From contig MU008163.1 in assembly GCA_010909165.1 (NCBI GenBank), forward strand, positions 186,001 through 250,000: a stretch of 64,000 nucleotides of DNA, written 5' to 3'. Below the pieces are notes generated by a model. It ran no database searches and was not told the DNA's origin. It saw only the letters and a program-made list of their open reading frames with translations. The stretch is from Anthoceros angustus (lineage: Eukaryota > Plantae > Anthocerotophyta). Within the stretch, counting starts at the first letter, position 1; the number at the start of each line of letters is the position of its first letter. Below, in pieces: positions 1 through 12,482 of this stretch. The position numbers were made by a program, and so were the translations under genes.

Positions 1-1054
1 GTAACCTTAGGGTGCTGATGATCCGAAGGGTAGCACGGACCTCGATCGAGTTCGTCGAAAGGGTAGGAAGGTACCTCGAGTTCCGCCTCTGGTCCTACAC
101 TTGTGTAGCTAGGCGATCGCCCTAGTATAGTCGGCCGCAGGCCCCGCAGTGCAGTGCCTCACTGCCCCTCTCGCTGAAGGAAATTCGCTGGCGGTATTTT
201 GCAATGATAGTAGACAGACCCGTGGTCTACCACAAAGGCGAGCTGCCGTCACCCTCGTAACGCCGGCGGAAGGGTTTTTCTAAACACGGGGGCGGACAAG
301 ATAAATTTGGAATTCGAAGAAGGCAAATAGTAAGCAAAACAGAATGGATCATTCCCTTGGGATCAAACCCCATACTACATGATATGAGATTAGTGCGCAC
401 CCAGCTGGCTGTCAGCACCCGAGGAGCACCCAACCTGATTATTCTTGACCCCTGCAGTCTTGCAGAGGCCCTACGCCTTCCTCGAGCCCGGTCAGGTTGT
501 GCCACCGGGGTGGGCTGACAACTGCTGTCACTATTAAATTTTCCTCGGGCTGAGCTATTTCCTCGACAACCCTAAAAAAATGTGGATGCTGCGTGACCGG
601 ATCGGTATTCCATAATCGGGATTCCATACACTAGGCCAATTAAGGGCAGTGAACGACATTGCTTTTGGTACCCTGGCAAATTGCACCATGGCGTGTCTGA
701 GCTACGTGCGACATTCTACATATACAGAATTTGGCCATTTGGAGCAGCAAGCATAGCATAGCATTCAATCACTTGAAGCAGTTGCAACTTGCAAGTTATG
801 TGGTAGTCTCGACTTGTGTGGTGAGTCCCGAATTGGCAGCAAACCGGGAACCAGAGGGAGACACTTTGGCAGCTGGAGGGGCCGCCAAGTGGTTGTTCGT
901 CCGAAGTCATGCAAGGGGCAACTAGCAGTGTGAGCAGTGAGCAGGATGTTTCGTCTGTGAGGCCATTGCAAAATCCTCCTGTGCTGATGCTTGGTGTTGT
1001 GTTGTGCGAAGCCGGCCGTGGAGTAAGCAACATCGAATTTGTTGCTTGTCACCG

Positions 1055-2689
1055 ATGGACCTGATCAACGCAGCGTTGGATTTGGTGGTGCCGCCGAGCG
1101 GCGTCCTTTTCCTGCTCTTCGCTTACCCTGTGATAGCCTTCTTCCAGTTCTGGAGCTATGTCTTCCGTTTCTTCTTCTACGAAAACGTGCAGGGCAAGGT
1201 GGTGCTCATTACCGGCGCATCGTCGGGGATCGGCGAGGTGAGCTTGGCACTGACTGAGTAGAAGCTCTTGTATCTCTTCAAGCTTGGGCACCAGATCCTG
1301 TAGGGCTTGAAACGGCTTCATGGGTGCAGCATATAGCGTATGAGTACGCCAAGAAAGGAGCAAGACTCGCGCTGGTGGCAAGGAGGAAAACATGCTGCGG
1401 GAGTGGGAGACAGGTGCAGGCAACTCAGGGCTGCACATGTGCACCCTATTGTGGCTGATGTCGCCAAAGAAGAGGATTGCCGCAAGTTTGTGGACGAGAC
1501 TATCAACCAGTTCGGACACTGTAGGTCACCTCTGCTCTGGATCTTGTCCGAATTGGCCCCTTGCAAGCTTGCATATGTTGGAGATGGCGCGCTCGCGCAA
1601 TCTTTCCATGTCCGATGGTGCATTCCTTGCATTTTTTGCAGCTGTCTTCTTGTTGCTCTCCCTCCGCCAATTTGGCCGCTGATGCCACAACACTGACAAC
1701 CTTCATGCCTCATGTGTTTCGGATCTCACCAGTGGATCATCTGGTGTGCAATGCCGGCCTTTCAAGCCTCTTCTTCTTCGAGGAGGCAAGGGATCCATCG
1801 GCACTGTATCCAGTTATGGTAGGCAACACATGTCAAGACTTAAGCTCCGCTCTGATCGCAACTTCCCAAGCTTTGATTCCTACGCTTTGGTTCCACCAGC
1901 TCTAATGTCATATGCATCTAATCCTGACCTGTGCCATCAGGATGTCACCTTCTGGGGATCGGTCTTCCCAACACACTACGCTCTCCCTCACCTCAGACGA
2001 AGCAAAGGCAAAATTGTTGTCATCGACTCCGTAGCGTCGTGGTTCCCTTTCCCCGTCACAGCATCTACAATGTAAGCCTGCTCCTCACACTCGACTTCAA
2101 ACTCCACACCTTTCCTTAAATTCCTTTCCAGCCCTTGCCCTCTGTTGCTCTAACCGTCCCTCTTACACCAGGCGGCTAAAGCAGGCGTCCTCCAATTCTT
2201 CGATACTCTCCGGGTGGAGGTGGGCAACCACGTGGGCATCACCATCGTCCAACCCGGCGCCACCGAAAGCGAGCTCCTACAGGGCAAGGCAGTGACCCCG
2301 GACGGCCGCGTCGAAATGCTTCCTGACGAAATCCGAGACGTAAGCACATCTCTCGTGACCTGTCCTCTGCGATGCCTCTTCGTTTCTTCCATCCGCTGAC
2401 ATTTGTGACCACACGTCGTGCACTCTGCAGACTCAGTTCGGCCCCATGCCCGTCACCTATGCCGAGACTGTGGCGCAGCGCAGGGTGCCTGCGGGCCACC
2501 GCTACGTGGTCGTCCCTTCTGGTACTCCGTTCTGCTGCTCTACCGCATCTTCGCCCGGAGCTCCTCACCTTCTGCCTCCGCCTCCTGCTCACCAAGGTTA
2601 GCGACAGGAAGTACATCACCAAAGCCATCTTGGAGGAGCCAGAAGTGAAACGAGCCATGTACCCTGAATCCAGCATCAAATCCGAGTAG
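1055..2689 (+). CDS. HSD: Steroleosin / 11-beta-hydroxysteroid dehydrogenase-like SDR, copy 1 (multi-exon; several apparent frameshifts)
   Basis: MDLINAALDLVVPP hydrophobic anchor, GKVVLITGASSGIGE Rossmann motif, DHLVCNAG, catalytic YNAAK split by an intron; exon 1 1055-1237, exon 2 from 1330; GT-AG introns; indels mostly in homopolymer runs. Confidence 0.9.
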
Positions 2690-3125
2690 GGCTGGTTTGC
2701 AGGATGTGATGTGTAGTTATAGCATTGATCAGACAACTTTCTGTCCCTGGCAAAATTGCACCATGGCGTGTCTGAGCTACGTGCGACATTCTACATATAC
2801 AGAATTTGGCCATTTGGAGCAGCAAGCATAGCATAGCATTCAATCACTTGAAGCAGTTGCAACTTGCAAGTTATGTGGTAGTCTCGACTTGTGTGGTGAG
2901 TCCTCGGTGGCAGCAAACCGGGAACCAGAGGAGACACTTTGGCAGCTGGAGGGCCGCCAAGTGGTTGTTCGTCCGAAGTCATGCAAGGGCAACTAGCAGT
3001 GTGAGCAGTGAGCAGGATGTTTCGTCTGTGAGGCCATTGCAAAATCCTCCTGTGCTGATGCTTGGTGTTGTGTTGTGCGAAGCCGGCCGTGGAGTAAGCA
3101 ACATCGAATTTGTTGCATGTCACCG

Positions 3126-4781
3126 ATGGACCTGATCAACGCAGCGTTGGATTTGTTGGTGCCGTCGAGTGGCGTCCTTTTCCTTCTCTTTGCTTACCCT
3201 GTGATAGCCTTCTTCCAGTTCTGGAGCTATGTCTTCCATTTCTTCTTCTACGAAAACGTGCAGGGCAAGGTGGTGCTCATTACCGGCGCATCGTCGGCGA
3301 TTGGCGAGGTGAGCTTGGCACTGACTGAGTAGAAGCTCTTGTATCTCTTCAATCTTGGGCACCAGATCCTGTAGGGCTTGAAACGGCTTCATGGGTGCAG
3401 CATATAGCGTATGAGTACGCCAAGAAAGGAGCAAGACTCGCGCTGGTGGCAAGGAGGGAAAACATGCTGCGGGGAGTGGGAGACAGGTGCAGGCAACTCG
3501 GGGCTGCACATGTGCACCCTATTGTGGCTGATGTCGCCAAAGAAGAGGATTGCCGCAAGTTTGTGGACGAGACTATCAACCAGTTCGGACACTGTAGGTC
3601 ACCTCTGCTCTGGATCTTGTCCGAATTGGCCCCCTTGCAAGCTTGCATATGTTGGAGATGGCGCGCTCGCGCAATCTTTCCATGTCCGATGAATTGCATT
3701 CCTTGCATTTTTTTTGCAGCTGTCTTCTTGTTGCTCTCCCCTCCGCCAATTTGGCCGCTGATGCCACAACACTGACAACCTTCATGCCTCATGTGTTTCG
3801 GATCTCACCAGTGGATCATCTGGTGTGCAATGCCGGCCTTTCAAGCCTCTTCTTCTTCGAGGAGGCAAGGGATCCATCGGCACTGTATCCAGTTATGGTA
3901 GGCAACACATGTCAAGACTTAAGCTCCGCTCTGATCGCAACTTCCCAAGCTTTGATTCCTACGCTTTGGTTCCACCAGCTCTAATGTCATATGCATCTAA
4001 TCCTGACCTGTGCCATCAGGATGTCACCTTCTGGGATCAGTCTTCCCAACACACTACGCTCTCCCTCACCTCAGACGAAGCAAAGGCAAAATTGTTGTCA
4101 TCGACTCCGTAGCGTCGTGGTTCCCTTTCCCCGTCACAGCATCTACAATGTAAGCCTGCTCCTCACACTCGACTTCAAACTCCACACCTTTCCTTAAATT
4201 CCTTTCCCAGCCCTTGCCCTCTGTTGCTCTAACCGTCCCTCTTACACCAGGCGGCTAAAGCAGGCGTCCTCCAATTCTTCGATACTCTCCGGGTGGAGGT
4301 GGGCAACCACGTGGGCATCACCATCGTCCAACCCGGCGCCACCGAAAGCGAGCTCCTACGGGGCAAGGCAGTGACCCCGGACGGCCGCGTCGAAATGCTT
4401 CCTGACGAAATCCGAGACGTAAGCACATCTCTCGTGACCTGTCCTCTGCGATGCCTCTTCGTTTCTTCCATCCGCTGACACATTTGTGACCACACGTCGT
4501 GCACTCTGCAGACTCAGTTCGGCCCCATGCCCGTCACCTATGCCGAGACTGTGGCGCGGGCCAGCGTACAGGGTGCCCTGCGGGGCCACCGCTACGTGGT
4601 CGTCCCCTTCTGGTACTCCGTTCTGCTGCTCTACCGCATCTTCGCCCCGGAGCTCCTCACCTTCTGCCTCCGCCTCCTGCTCACCAAGGTTAGCGACAGG
4701 AAGTACATCACCAAAGCCATCTTGGAGGAGCCAGAAGTGAAACGAGCCATGTACCCTGAATCCAGCATCAAATCCGAGTAG
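3126..4781 (+). CDS. HSD: Steroleosin / 11-beta-HSD-like SDR, copy 2
   Basis: Same exon structure; HIAYEYAKKGARLALVARR...ADVAKEEDCRKFVDETINQFG and the C-terminal exon 4527-4781 are in frame; Rossmann motif reads TGASSAIGE; 1-nt homopolymer shortfalls near 4032 and 4130. Confidence 0.9.
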
Positions 4782-5391
4782 GGCTGGTTTGCAGGATGTG
4801 ATGTGTAGTTATAGCATTGATCAGACAACTTTCTGTCCATGGCAGGCAAGCACGGCAGGCAGCCAGGCAGCCAGGCTCCAAAGCCAGCCTAGCATTACTT
4901 GCCAGGACCAGAGCCTATACATAGCAAGTGCCAAGCGGCATGTAATGTAATGGTTCACCTTTCGAACTTTGGATTTTAGTGGTCATCACTCTGGATTTGG
5001 CATCGTAATATCCAGGAGGCCATCCTATATATTCATCCGAGTGTGGTGAAAGCAGTTGAGTGTGAGTAGAAATCGAGGTGCAAACGAGCGTGATCGAGTT
5101 GCACGCAAGCGTGCAGGCGCGTTTGGGAGGCAGTTGGGGAAGATGTGGAGAATCAGCGGCGGGAGGGCTTGTGTGGACGATGCTGCGACGCGCGATCTCG
5201 CCGGCCTGCTCCCGCTCCTGCTCGATTAGGCGCTAGCCTGGCGATGGTAGACGGCGTTTACTGGTGATGGTAGACGGCGTCTACTGGTTCTGTCTCTGAG
5301 CTCGCAGCTCGCCGATGATGGCGAACGTAGCTGGCGGTGTGCGGTGCACCGTAATTTGAAGGGGGCGGGGGGAGCAGGTCAGGCAGGCGTC

Positions 5392-8081
5392 ATGCCAAAG
5401 GGTTTGTTCAAGACCAAGCCCCGGACGGCTCAAGAGCTTGTCCGGGCGACCAGGGACCTTCTGCTTACTGTGGATCAGCTGCCATTGCGGGACTCTAAGA
5501 GGGAGGAGAAGGTGCGGCTTGCTATGGCCGTGCAAGCGGAAAGAAAGCAGAGATGGTGGAATCCTAATTCGATACTTTTGTGCGGATGGATGGATGTCTT
5601 ATGTTGTTGCTGCGTTCATCCGTGCCAGATTGCTGAATTGGTCAAGGATATCCGGGAAATGAAGATTGCGCTGTACGGGAACAGTGAATGCGAGCCCGTG
5701 CCGGAGGTGCAAACGCAATTGACGCAGGAAGTGTTTCGGGAGAACACGTTCAGGCTTCTCATCCAAGTGCTTCCCAAGCTGGAACTGGAGGTGACGGGCG
5801 GACAATTTATCCCCTTGCTTGCTCTTGGAGCAGCTGTCTGACGCCGTTTGATGCGCTGTAGGCACGCAAGGATATCACGCAAGTGGTTGCCAACTTGCAG
5901 CGGCAGCAGGTGCAATACCGCCTTATTGCCTGTGAGTACTTGGAAGCGAACAAGGATTTGCTGGATCGGCTTGTTGCAGGGTGAGTGAGTGCGCGAACTG
6001 CAATCTACAGGGTCGCAGGACAGCCCGACCAACCTCTTGTTTGTAGCGGTTACGTGCATCTTTAATGCGCATCGCCTTCTGCGTATTCGTCCTGGTAGCC
6101 CCCTTCTTGTCGCCCTAACCTGGTCCACGCTAGTAGAAGCCTGCTGCGTGTGAGCTTCAAGCTTCTTGCAGCCCTATCCCTGTTCTATGGTTTAGAACAG
6201 GGGCGGGGATGCAAGACGGGTGAATCTCCTTGCGCGCAGGTTGTTCTCGGTTGTGTAACATCGTAGATGCCCTTTCCTTACATTTAGGTGATGACAGTGT
6301 CCGAAAATTTTCGGTGCTTGAGTTCAAGTTTTGCTTGGAGTTCTTTTCCGTGATCTAGCATGCTCCCTTTGCAGGTATGAGGATCCAGAGGTCGCCCTGC
6401 ATTACGGCTCGATGCTCCGAGAGTGTATCCGACATCAAAGCATAACCCGGTAATATATCGCTGGCTTGTATTGGTGGCAGTTTATTATTCTTGCCAACTC
6501 TCACCTCTGGTAGTCTAAATTAGGTTCGAAGTTTGCCAAGGCATGGTCTTTGTCATGTCCCACGCTGCTTACATAAGCCTGCCACAATTCTGTAGTATTT
6601 CGGCAGGTTGGACTTTCCTGTTTTGGTCACTCGCATCCCTTTCTTGCTGATAGCTGCCAGTTTTACATGGTCAGATGTGTTCTGGAGTCAGAAAACATGG
6701 CCAAGATTTTTGGGTACTTTGAGCTTCCCAATTTTGATGTGGCATCTGATGCTGCAGCAACTTTCAAGGTCAGCTTTTCCTCTGCTGTTCCCGTTATCGT
6801 AAACAATGTCAAATATATTGAGGCTATTCGCAGATTGTTACTTGCGCCTCGCACCAATTTGCTAAAAAGGGGGGGCTTCCGTTGTCTCCAATTTTGAGTC
6901 ACTCACTAATCGAGTGAGAGAGGCGACATTAGCCTAGAAATGCCACAGAGTTGTCTGTGCTCCGTCTTTTTCCACCGGTGTCCTCTGGCTGACGTGGTTT
7001 GACTCCTGCTGGGAAGTGCAAGCCAGGGCCCTGCCTTTTCCTTTACTCTCCTGAAGGCACTTGTGGTGCATTTTGCATGGTTCGGTAAGCAGGAGCTTTT
7101 GACGAGACACAAGTCGACTGTTGCGGAGTACCTCAACAAAAATTATGACTGGGTGAGTATTTGCTCGTTTTGGACTGTTGATCTGCTCAAGTCTTTACCA
7201 TTCTGGATTTAGGATTCAGTAATATCTCCTTTCTCTCTGCAGTTCTTCACTAATTTCAACAATAAATTATTGGAGTCAGAGAAATATATTACAAGGCGAC
7301 TGGCAGTGAAGGTTCGTATGTCCATGTGACTTGGCCTCGTGGTACATGATGTACTTCGTGGTGGAGGGAGCTTCTAGTACCTTCTCTCCGTTATTCCCTA
7401 AAGCAGCATTATCTTAACTCCACGCTGCTGCTACTTTTCTGACTGAAGCTTGATATGTGTCTTTGATATAAGCAGCTGCTCGGAGACATTCTACTTGATC
7501 GAGCAAATGTCACTGTAATGATGCGATACGTGAGCTCGAAAGAAAATCTCATTATCCTTATGACTCTTTTGAAGGTGGGCCGCATATTGTTACTGTCATT
7601 GGTTGTCGTTTACCTTCTTGCTGTCAGTCCTGTTATCTTCCCAATGTTTAAGCTTTGTTTGCTATGGGTTGATTGAAACTACAGGATCCAAGCAAAAACA
7701 TTCAAGTTGAAGCTTTCCATGTTTTCAAGGTTTAGCTTCAATCACTGCTCTTGACGTCCTTCTAAGCATGTGATGGTTGATGGCTTAAACTCACGTTCAT
7801 GCCTCAAGGCTCCAGGTATTTGTGGCCAATGCAAATAAGCCTGCAGACATTGTGAACATCCTTGTGTGCAATCGCACTAAGCTGCTGCGGTTTTTCAGTA
7901 CCTTCAAGATGGAAAAAGGTACCTCCTAATGTGAGAGAGTTCACTGCCAACATTTCACATCGTTTCTTAATAATTATAGCTTGCTTTCATGGTGTACGCA
8001 GATGATGAGCAATTTGAACAAGACAAGGCACAGGTTGTGAACGAGATTTCCAGCTTGTCTGCTCTAGGCGGATGTGCTTAA
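5392..8081 (+). CDS. MO25: MO25-like (CAB39 family) scaffold protein, 11 exons
   Basis: Spliced translation [12 protein letters not shown]...[17 protein letters not shown]...[15 protein letters not shown]...[22 protein letters not shown]...[18 protein letters not shown]...[15 protein letters not shown]...[19 protein letters not shown]; stop TAA at 8079-8081. Confidence 0.95.
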
Positions 8082-8811
8082 TGCTGGCTCCTCCTGTTCC
8101 CCCCGTCTTTAAAAGAAGCATTGGCCTCCAAGGCAGTGTTTATAAGCAACTTAAACCTAAATTAATAGTCCCATTACAGGTTTAGGCCATCACATCACCT
8201 TGAAGGTGATAATCCAAGCCATAGAGGATCGCCAGAAATACGGCGGCGCATGAAGCCCTCTGAAAATGCTGTCCAATCTTGGGCTTCTGGATTGAAATCC
8301 TTGCCACGGGTTTCCTTTCAGTGTAGTTCGAAGCCTTTTCCTTACAGCGTGGTTTGAAGGCTACTTAGGGACTCTGCGACCTTTCTGGTCATAGTTTGTA
8401 ATTTTCTGTTGTACAATTATGATTCTGGCCACTCACCCAAAGAAGCAGCTAAAAGCTAAGGCGAAGCAACAGCTTGAAGGCGGTATACCAGAAAGAAAGC
8501 AGAAACACAGAGATGACAACCAGCAAACTTTGCATCAGTAAGCAGCGTTTACCCAGCTTGCTCTCTGGTAACTGCAGGACAAGAAGCGAGCATACGGACG
8601 AAAACCTTTCAACCTGCATATGTACTCGCATTTCACTTCCAAGGAGGCACATGCAAAAGTATCAGGCGAATTAATGAAGTGTGGACAGATCATGGATTTA
8701 AGCTCTCCTGTACAACTGGTGCATTGAAAAATGCGCAAAAAACGGTTCCCCGACAGGAGCGTACGCTCAACAAAAAGAGACTCTCAATCCAGAAGCAAAA
8801 CGGATGCCTAT

Positions 8812-10122
8812 CTAATTGATCTTGCTGCCTTTGCCAGAAGACGCCTCGCTTGCAAATGTGATGGCCAAGGTGAGGTCGTATGTCTTGGCCGCGTCCTCCC
8901 AGGTGGACAAGATGCTCGATTTGTCGGGGTGTCGAGCAGCGGCTACCACAGTCTCCATCTGATTCAAGTAAGGGTCGTCGCCGGGGGCCGTATAAACCTT
9001 TGGCTCGTCGCTGACAGGAGATCTGACTTTGAGCACCGGCGAGTGGTAGGGGTCCACCAAATGCAGCAGCCAGCCGTCGGCATGCACTTCCAGCTCGCAG
9101 TTGAACTTGACGCCCTGCAGGTTGATGCCGTGCACGATCGAGCCTACGGCGCCCGACTTGTACTTCCAGATTGCTGAAGTTAGCCGCGGGATACGATCCT
9201 CCTTGGGGATGCTCTCTTCGTCGATCGGGATGCTGGAGAGCTTCCCGGGGGCCTCGTTGTGCTCCACCGCGTGCGCCTGCACAGTACGGATGTCCACGTC
9301 GCCGCCGAAGTAGCGAGACAGGTCGCAGAAGTGCGTTCCCTGCTCCACAATCGGGCCGCATGAGATGCTCTTCATCCACCACTCCTTCTTGGCGATGGCG
9401 GCGTAGCAGCATGTGTAGCGGGCCACCGTAGCTATCACCGTCAAATTGTTGCGGCTGATTATGTCCTTCATGGTCTGCACCAGCTTCAGGTAGCGCATAA
9501 AATAGCCGACGGACACCAGGCGTTGCTTCGCCGCCAAGTACTTGCCTACCAGCGTCAGGTCCCACACGGGGGAGCTCGACATCGGCGTCTCCACAAACAG
9601 CACGAAGTTATTGGTGAGCGAATAGGAAAGCCTAATTTCGATGTCCGTCCCTTGTGCGGTGTTGCCGTGATATGCTGGTGGCACTCCGACCAGCACCAAG
9701 TCGGGCTTGAGGGAGTTGCTGTCAGGCGCAGATGCCAGATCCGCAAGGAAGGCTGAAACATCGTTGTATTCCTTCGTGTTTGCATAAGATGAAGCCGCTG
9801 GAGAAGATCTTTTGAGAGCTAACACTCTTTCGCGACCCGCAGGGCTGACGAGTGCTGTCACTTCCAGATTGTCGCCAAGAATGCTGTAAGAAAAACAGCG
9901 ACAACATATTCAAGCAGGCAGCCTTACAAGAAGAGCGCAGCGGCTGTTGGAGGATGACTCAAAACAGCATCAGAACAAGACAACACATGAATCTCACCTT
10001 TCCAACCGCGCAGAATGATTCCATGGACCTTCTAAACTTCCGAAATTCACACCTCCCGCTCCTATAAACACTACTTTGAACTTGGAGGACGAAGAAACCG
10101 ACTCCGTAGCTTCAGGAGCCAT
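8812..10122 (-). CDS. Gfo/Idh/MocA-family NAD(P)-dependent oxidoreductase with a fungal-type C-terminal domain (PF08635-like); 2 exons (10122-9998, 9883-8812)
   Basis: KVVFIGAGGVNFGSLEGPWNHS nucleotide-binding start, FVETP (EKP-like), GPIVEQGTHFCDLSRYFGG, RIPRLTSAIWKYKSGAVG; phase-compatible GT-AG intron; no stops. Confidence 0.88.
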
Positions 10123-10974
10123 GGCGATCGCTAGTTGCTGTTGGAAGTTGAGGAGATCAAACGCAAGACATAAAGCAAACGTGCGTTTGGGGTCTGACTC
10201 TGACTGCGTTCATATGACCTCATGTGGTCCGCGTCTGTGAAAACAAGCTTAGTGAAACTCACGGTCTACATAAAATGCGCATGCAGTTAACGGACCACGG
10301 GATGTCTGTCCAAAACGGATATGGAGCTTGACTCCATGGGATGTCTATCCAAACCCGACGGGATGTCTATGAAATCGCTCATGTATCGGAAAAAAAATAA
10401 AATATTGGTACAGGAAAAAGGATTTATATAAACATGTCTTTATGGTTATAACTGCAAAACTGCGATTAGTGATAATAACTGACTCGCTAACCTAGGCTTA
10501 AGTATGAGAAAAGCAAAACGTTCTGGCGAAACGTGCCCTAATTCATCACGAGCTGATTCGCGTCCGCTGAACCTAAATGGCTATGCCACAACACTCTCCC
10601 TCGCTGCGAATGTGCTGTTCTTCAATTTGCTGGTCTTCAATCTACTACTGAGTATCTGGTGGCCTCATCAACTCGCGAGCCACGTGATCACAACTATGAG
10701 TAAAGGGATCAGAAGTCTCAAGCGGCTGAAGTCCTCAAGCACAGAGATCTCGTTGGGCCAAAATTGGGAAGCTATCATGGAGAACCATTCCTCGTTCTAC
10801 TGTACAGCAGTCTTGCCAATGTGTCAGAATGAAGGAGCTCTGAATTTGCAGAGTGCCAACCTCGACAAGATGACGCTGAAGTGAGTAGCAGATGTGAAAA
10901 TGCTGGTAAAGTAGTCATTGTGGTCAGAAGGTAGCTACCCCTTAAGTTGAGCTTGAAGCAACTTGTCTTCCTGC

Positions 10975-11505
10975 ACTTCCTAGCTGGTAAGCATCCTTAC
11001 TGAGTAAACCAATGCCGCTGATGTGCTTCTCGTGCAGGAGCTTGGAGAGCCCCTTGGTGAGGAGGTCGGAGGTGTTGTCGGTTGTGTTGTTGTAGCGCAG
11101 TACAACTTACTTGCTTGCAACTACCTAGCGGATGAAGTGGTGCTGGATCTCCACGTGCTTCGTTCTTGCGTGCAAGATAGGGTTGTAAGTCATCTCTATT
11201 GCTGATTGATTGTCGCAAAACAATTGCGTGGACTCGAGCTGATCCTCGCTGATGTCTTTTAGGAATTGACCAATCCACAAGATCTCTTTAGTGACAAGTG
11301 AGGAGGCAATATACTCTGTGTCAGTGCTGGACAGGTAGATGGTCTGCATCTTCTTACAACTCCAGGATACGGATGAGTGGTTAATCATCATACATTATGT
11401 TGCTGTTGATTTCCTAGCATCGGGATCTCCTGCCCAGTCTGCATCTGAATAAGAGGTTAGTCTGAGTTTGCTGGTGGGATTACCTCTATATAACAACATA
11501 ATATT
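10975..11505 (-). mobile_element. Truncated Ty1/Copia RNase H remnant
   Basis: YSDADWAGDPDARKST, LSSTDTEY, CDNQSAI, HARTKHVEIQHHFIR, DLLTKGL motifs with stops. Confidence 0.9.
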
Positions 11506-12482
11506 TGAAGCGGCTAAATATACAAAGCCGCTTCTGCAGAAAAAAACACCACTTTGCAAAAACACCAGGTGGGCACCAATTTCCCACATAGAGTTGTTTT
11601 CGTTTTTTGAGTGATGGTTCATGATATCCGTACCCTAAGGCAAGTACGTATTCCATTGAAAACGCTTCTTGGATATGGTGCGAGGACGCAGAGCCGACGC
11701 CGGCCATTTCCATCGGAGCTTGGTCATCTACTGCATTTTAATCGTGACCTTTTGGAGGCAATAAACTAATTATATATGTAGTGATGGAGGCGTCCGCATG
11801 CCGGCGCCTCCTGCAAGTTTCATTTTGTCGAAGGAACACAAAAACTAGCACAAAAATCCTAACTTCCGAGTTCTTCAGCAGCAGTCTGAGTCTCTGGTGG
11901 GCATTGCCCAGATACCATCACCACTTCTATGCTTTTGAGACGGGCGTGCTCGGGGTCTTCGAAATTGTCGTTCTCCTTCATGGCATTTTCGGCATCCACA
12001 GGACCACTAGGATTGCTTTCGGTGTTGTAGTTCGGATGCCACACTGCGCTCAAAGTTCTCTGCCCATCGTCCAAGATTTCCCCTGTTTTCTCCTTCATTT
12101 CGTTGAACCCCAAAGGTACGACCTGCGCTTGGGAGACACCCTTATCGGACAAGCTTAATTCCTTTGCCCAGAACTGGGCAGGTCCTCGTCGATGTGGCTC
12201 GTGATTCAATTCCTACTCAGCGTCCGGAAGTACTTCATACCCATGGATCCGTTGTGGGATGAATTCCGCGCAACGCTTGTCCAAATCCACTGTAATGCAA
12301 TTTCGACCACAGAGGAACGCTGCCACTGTCGTTGTTCCGCTCCCTGCACACGCATCTACAATCCAGTTACCCTCTTTCGAGAAGTTTTTGATCAGCTTGT
12401 GCATCAACCCTAGTGGCCTCTGATATGCACACACGACTAGCTTGTCCAATGACATATACAGCAGCTTCTCCACGATAGTATT

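Larger units (their letters stand above)
671..4838 (+). repeat. Head-to-tail tandem duplication (~2.08 kb unit) containing the steroleosin gene
   Basis: CCCTGGCAAA(A)TTGCACCATGGCGTG starts at 671 and again at 2745; both units end ...GATCAGACAACTTTCTGTCC; the junction shows CC(C/A)TGGCA microhomology. Confidence 0.93.

Noticed and set aside
1-660. Possible LTR end (CTACCACA at ~234) with PBS-like AGGCGAGC and weak similarity to 20120-20165
   Set aside because: Truncated by the window edge, no partner LTR, and the PBS lacks TGG; insufficient support
1380-4135. Calling the HSD copies pseudogenes because of frameshifts
   Set aside because: Shifts are mostly homopolymer shortfalls typical of long-read error; cannot be decided without accurate reads
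8690-9565. 291-aa minus-strand ORF
   Set aside because: Alternative frame overlapping the oxidoreductase exon
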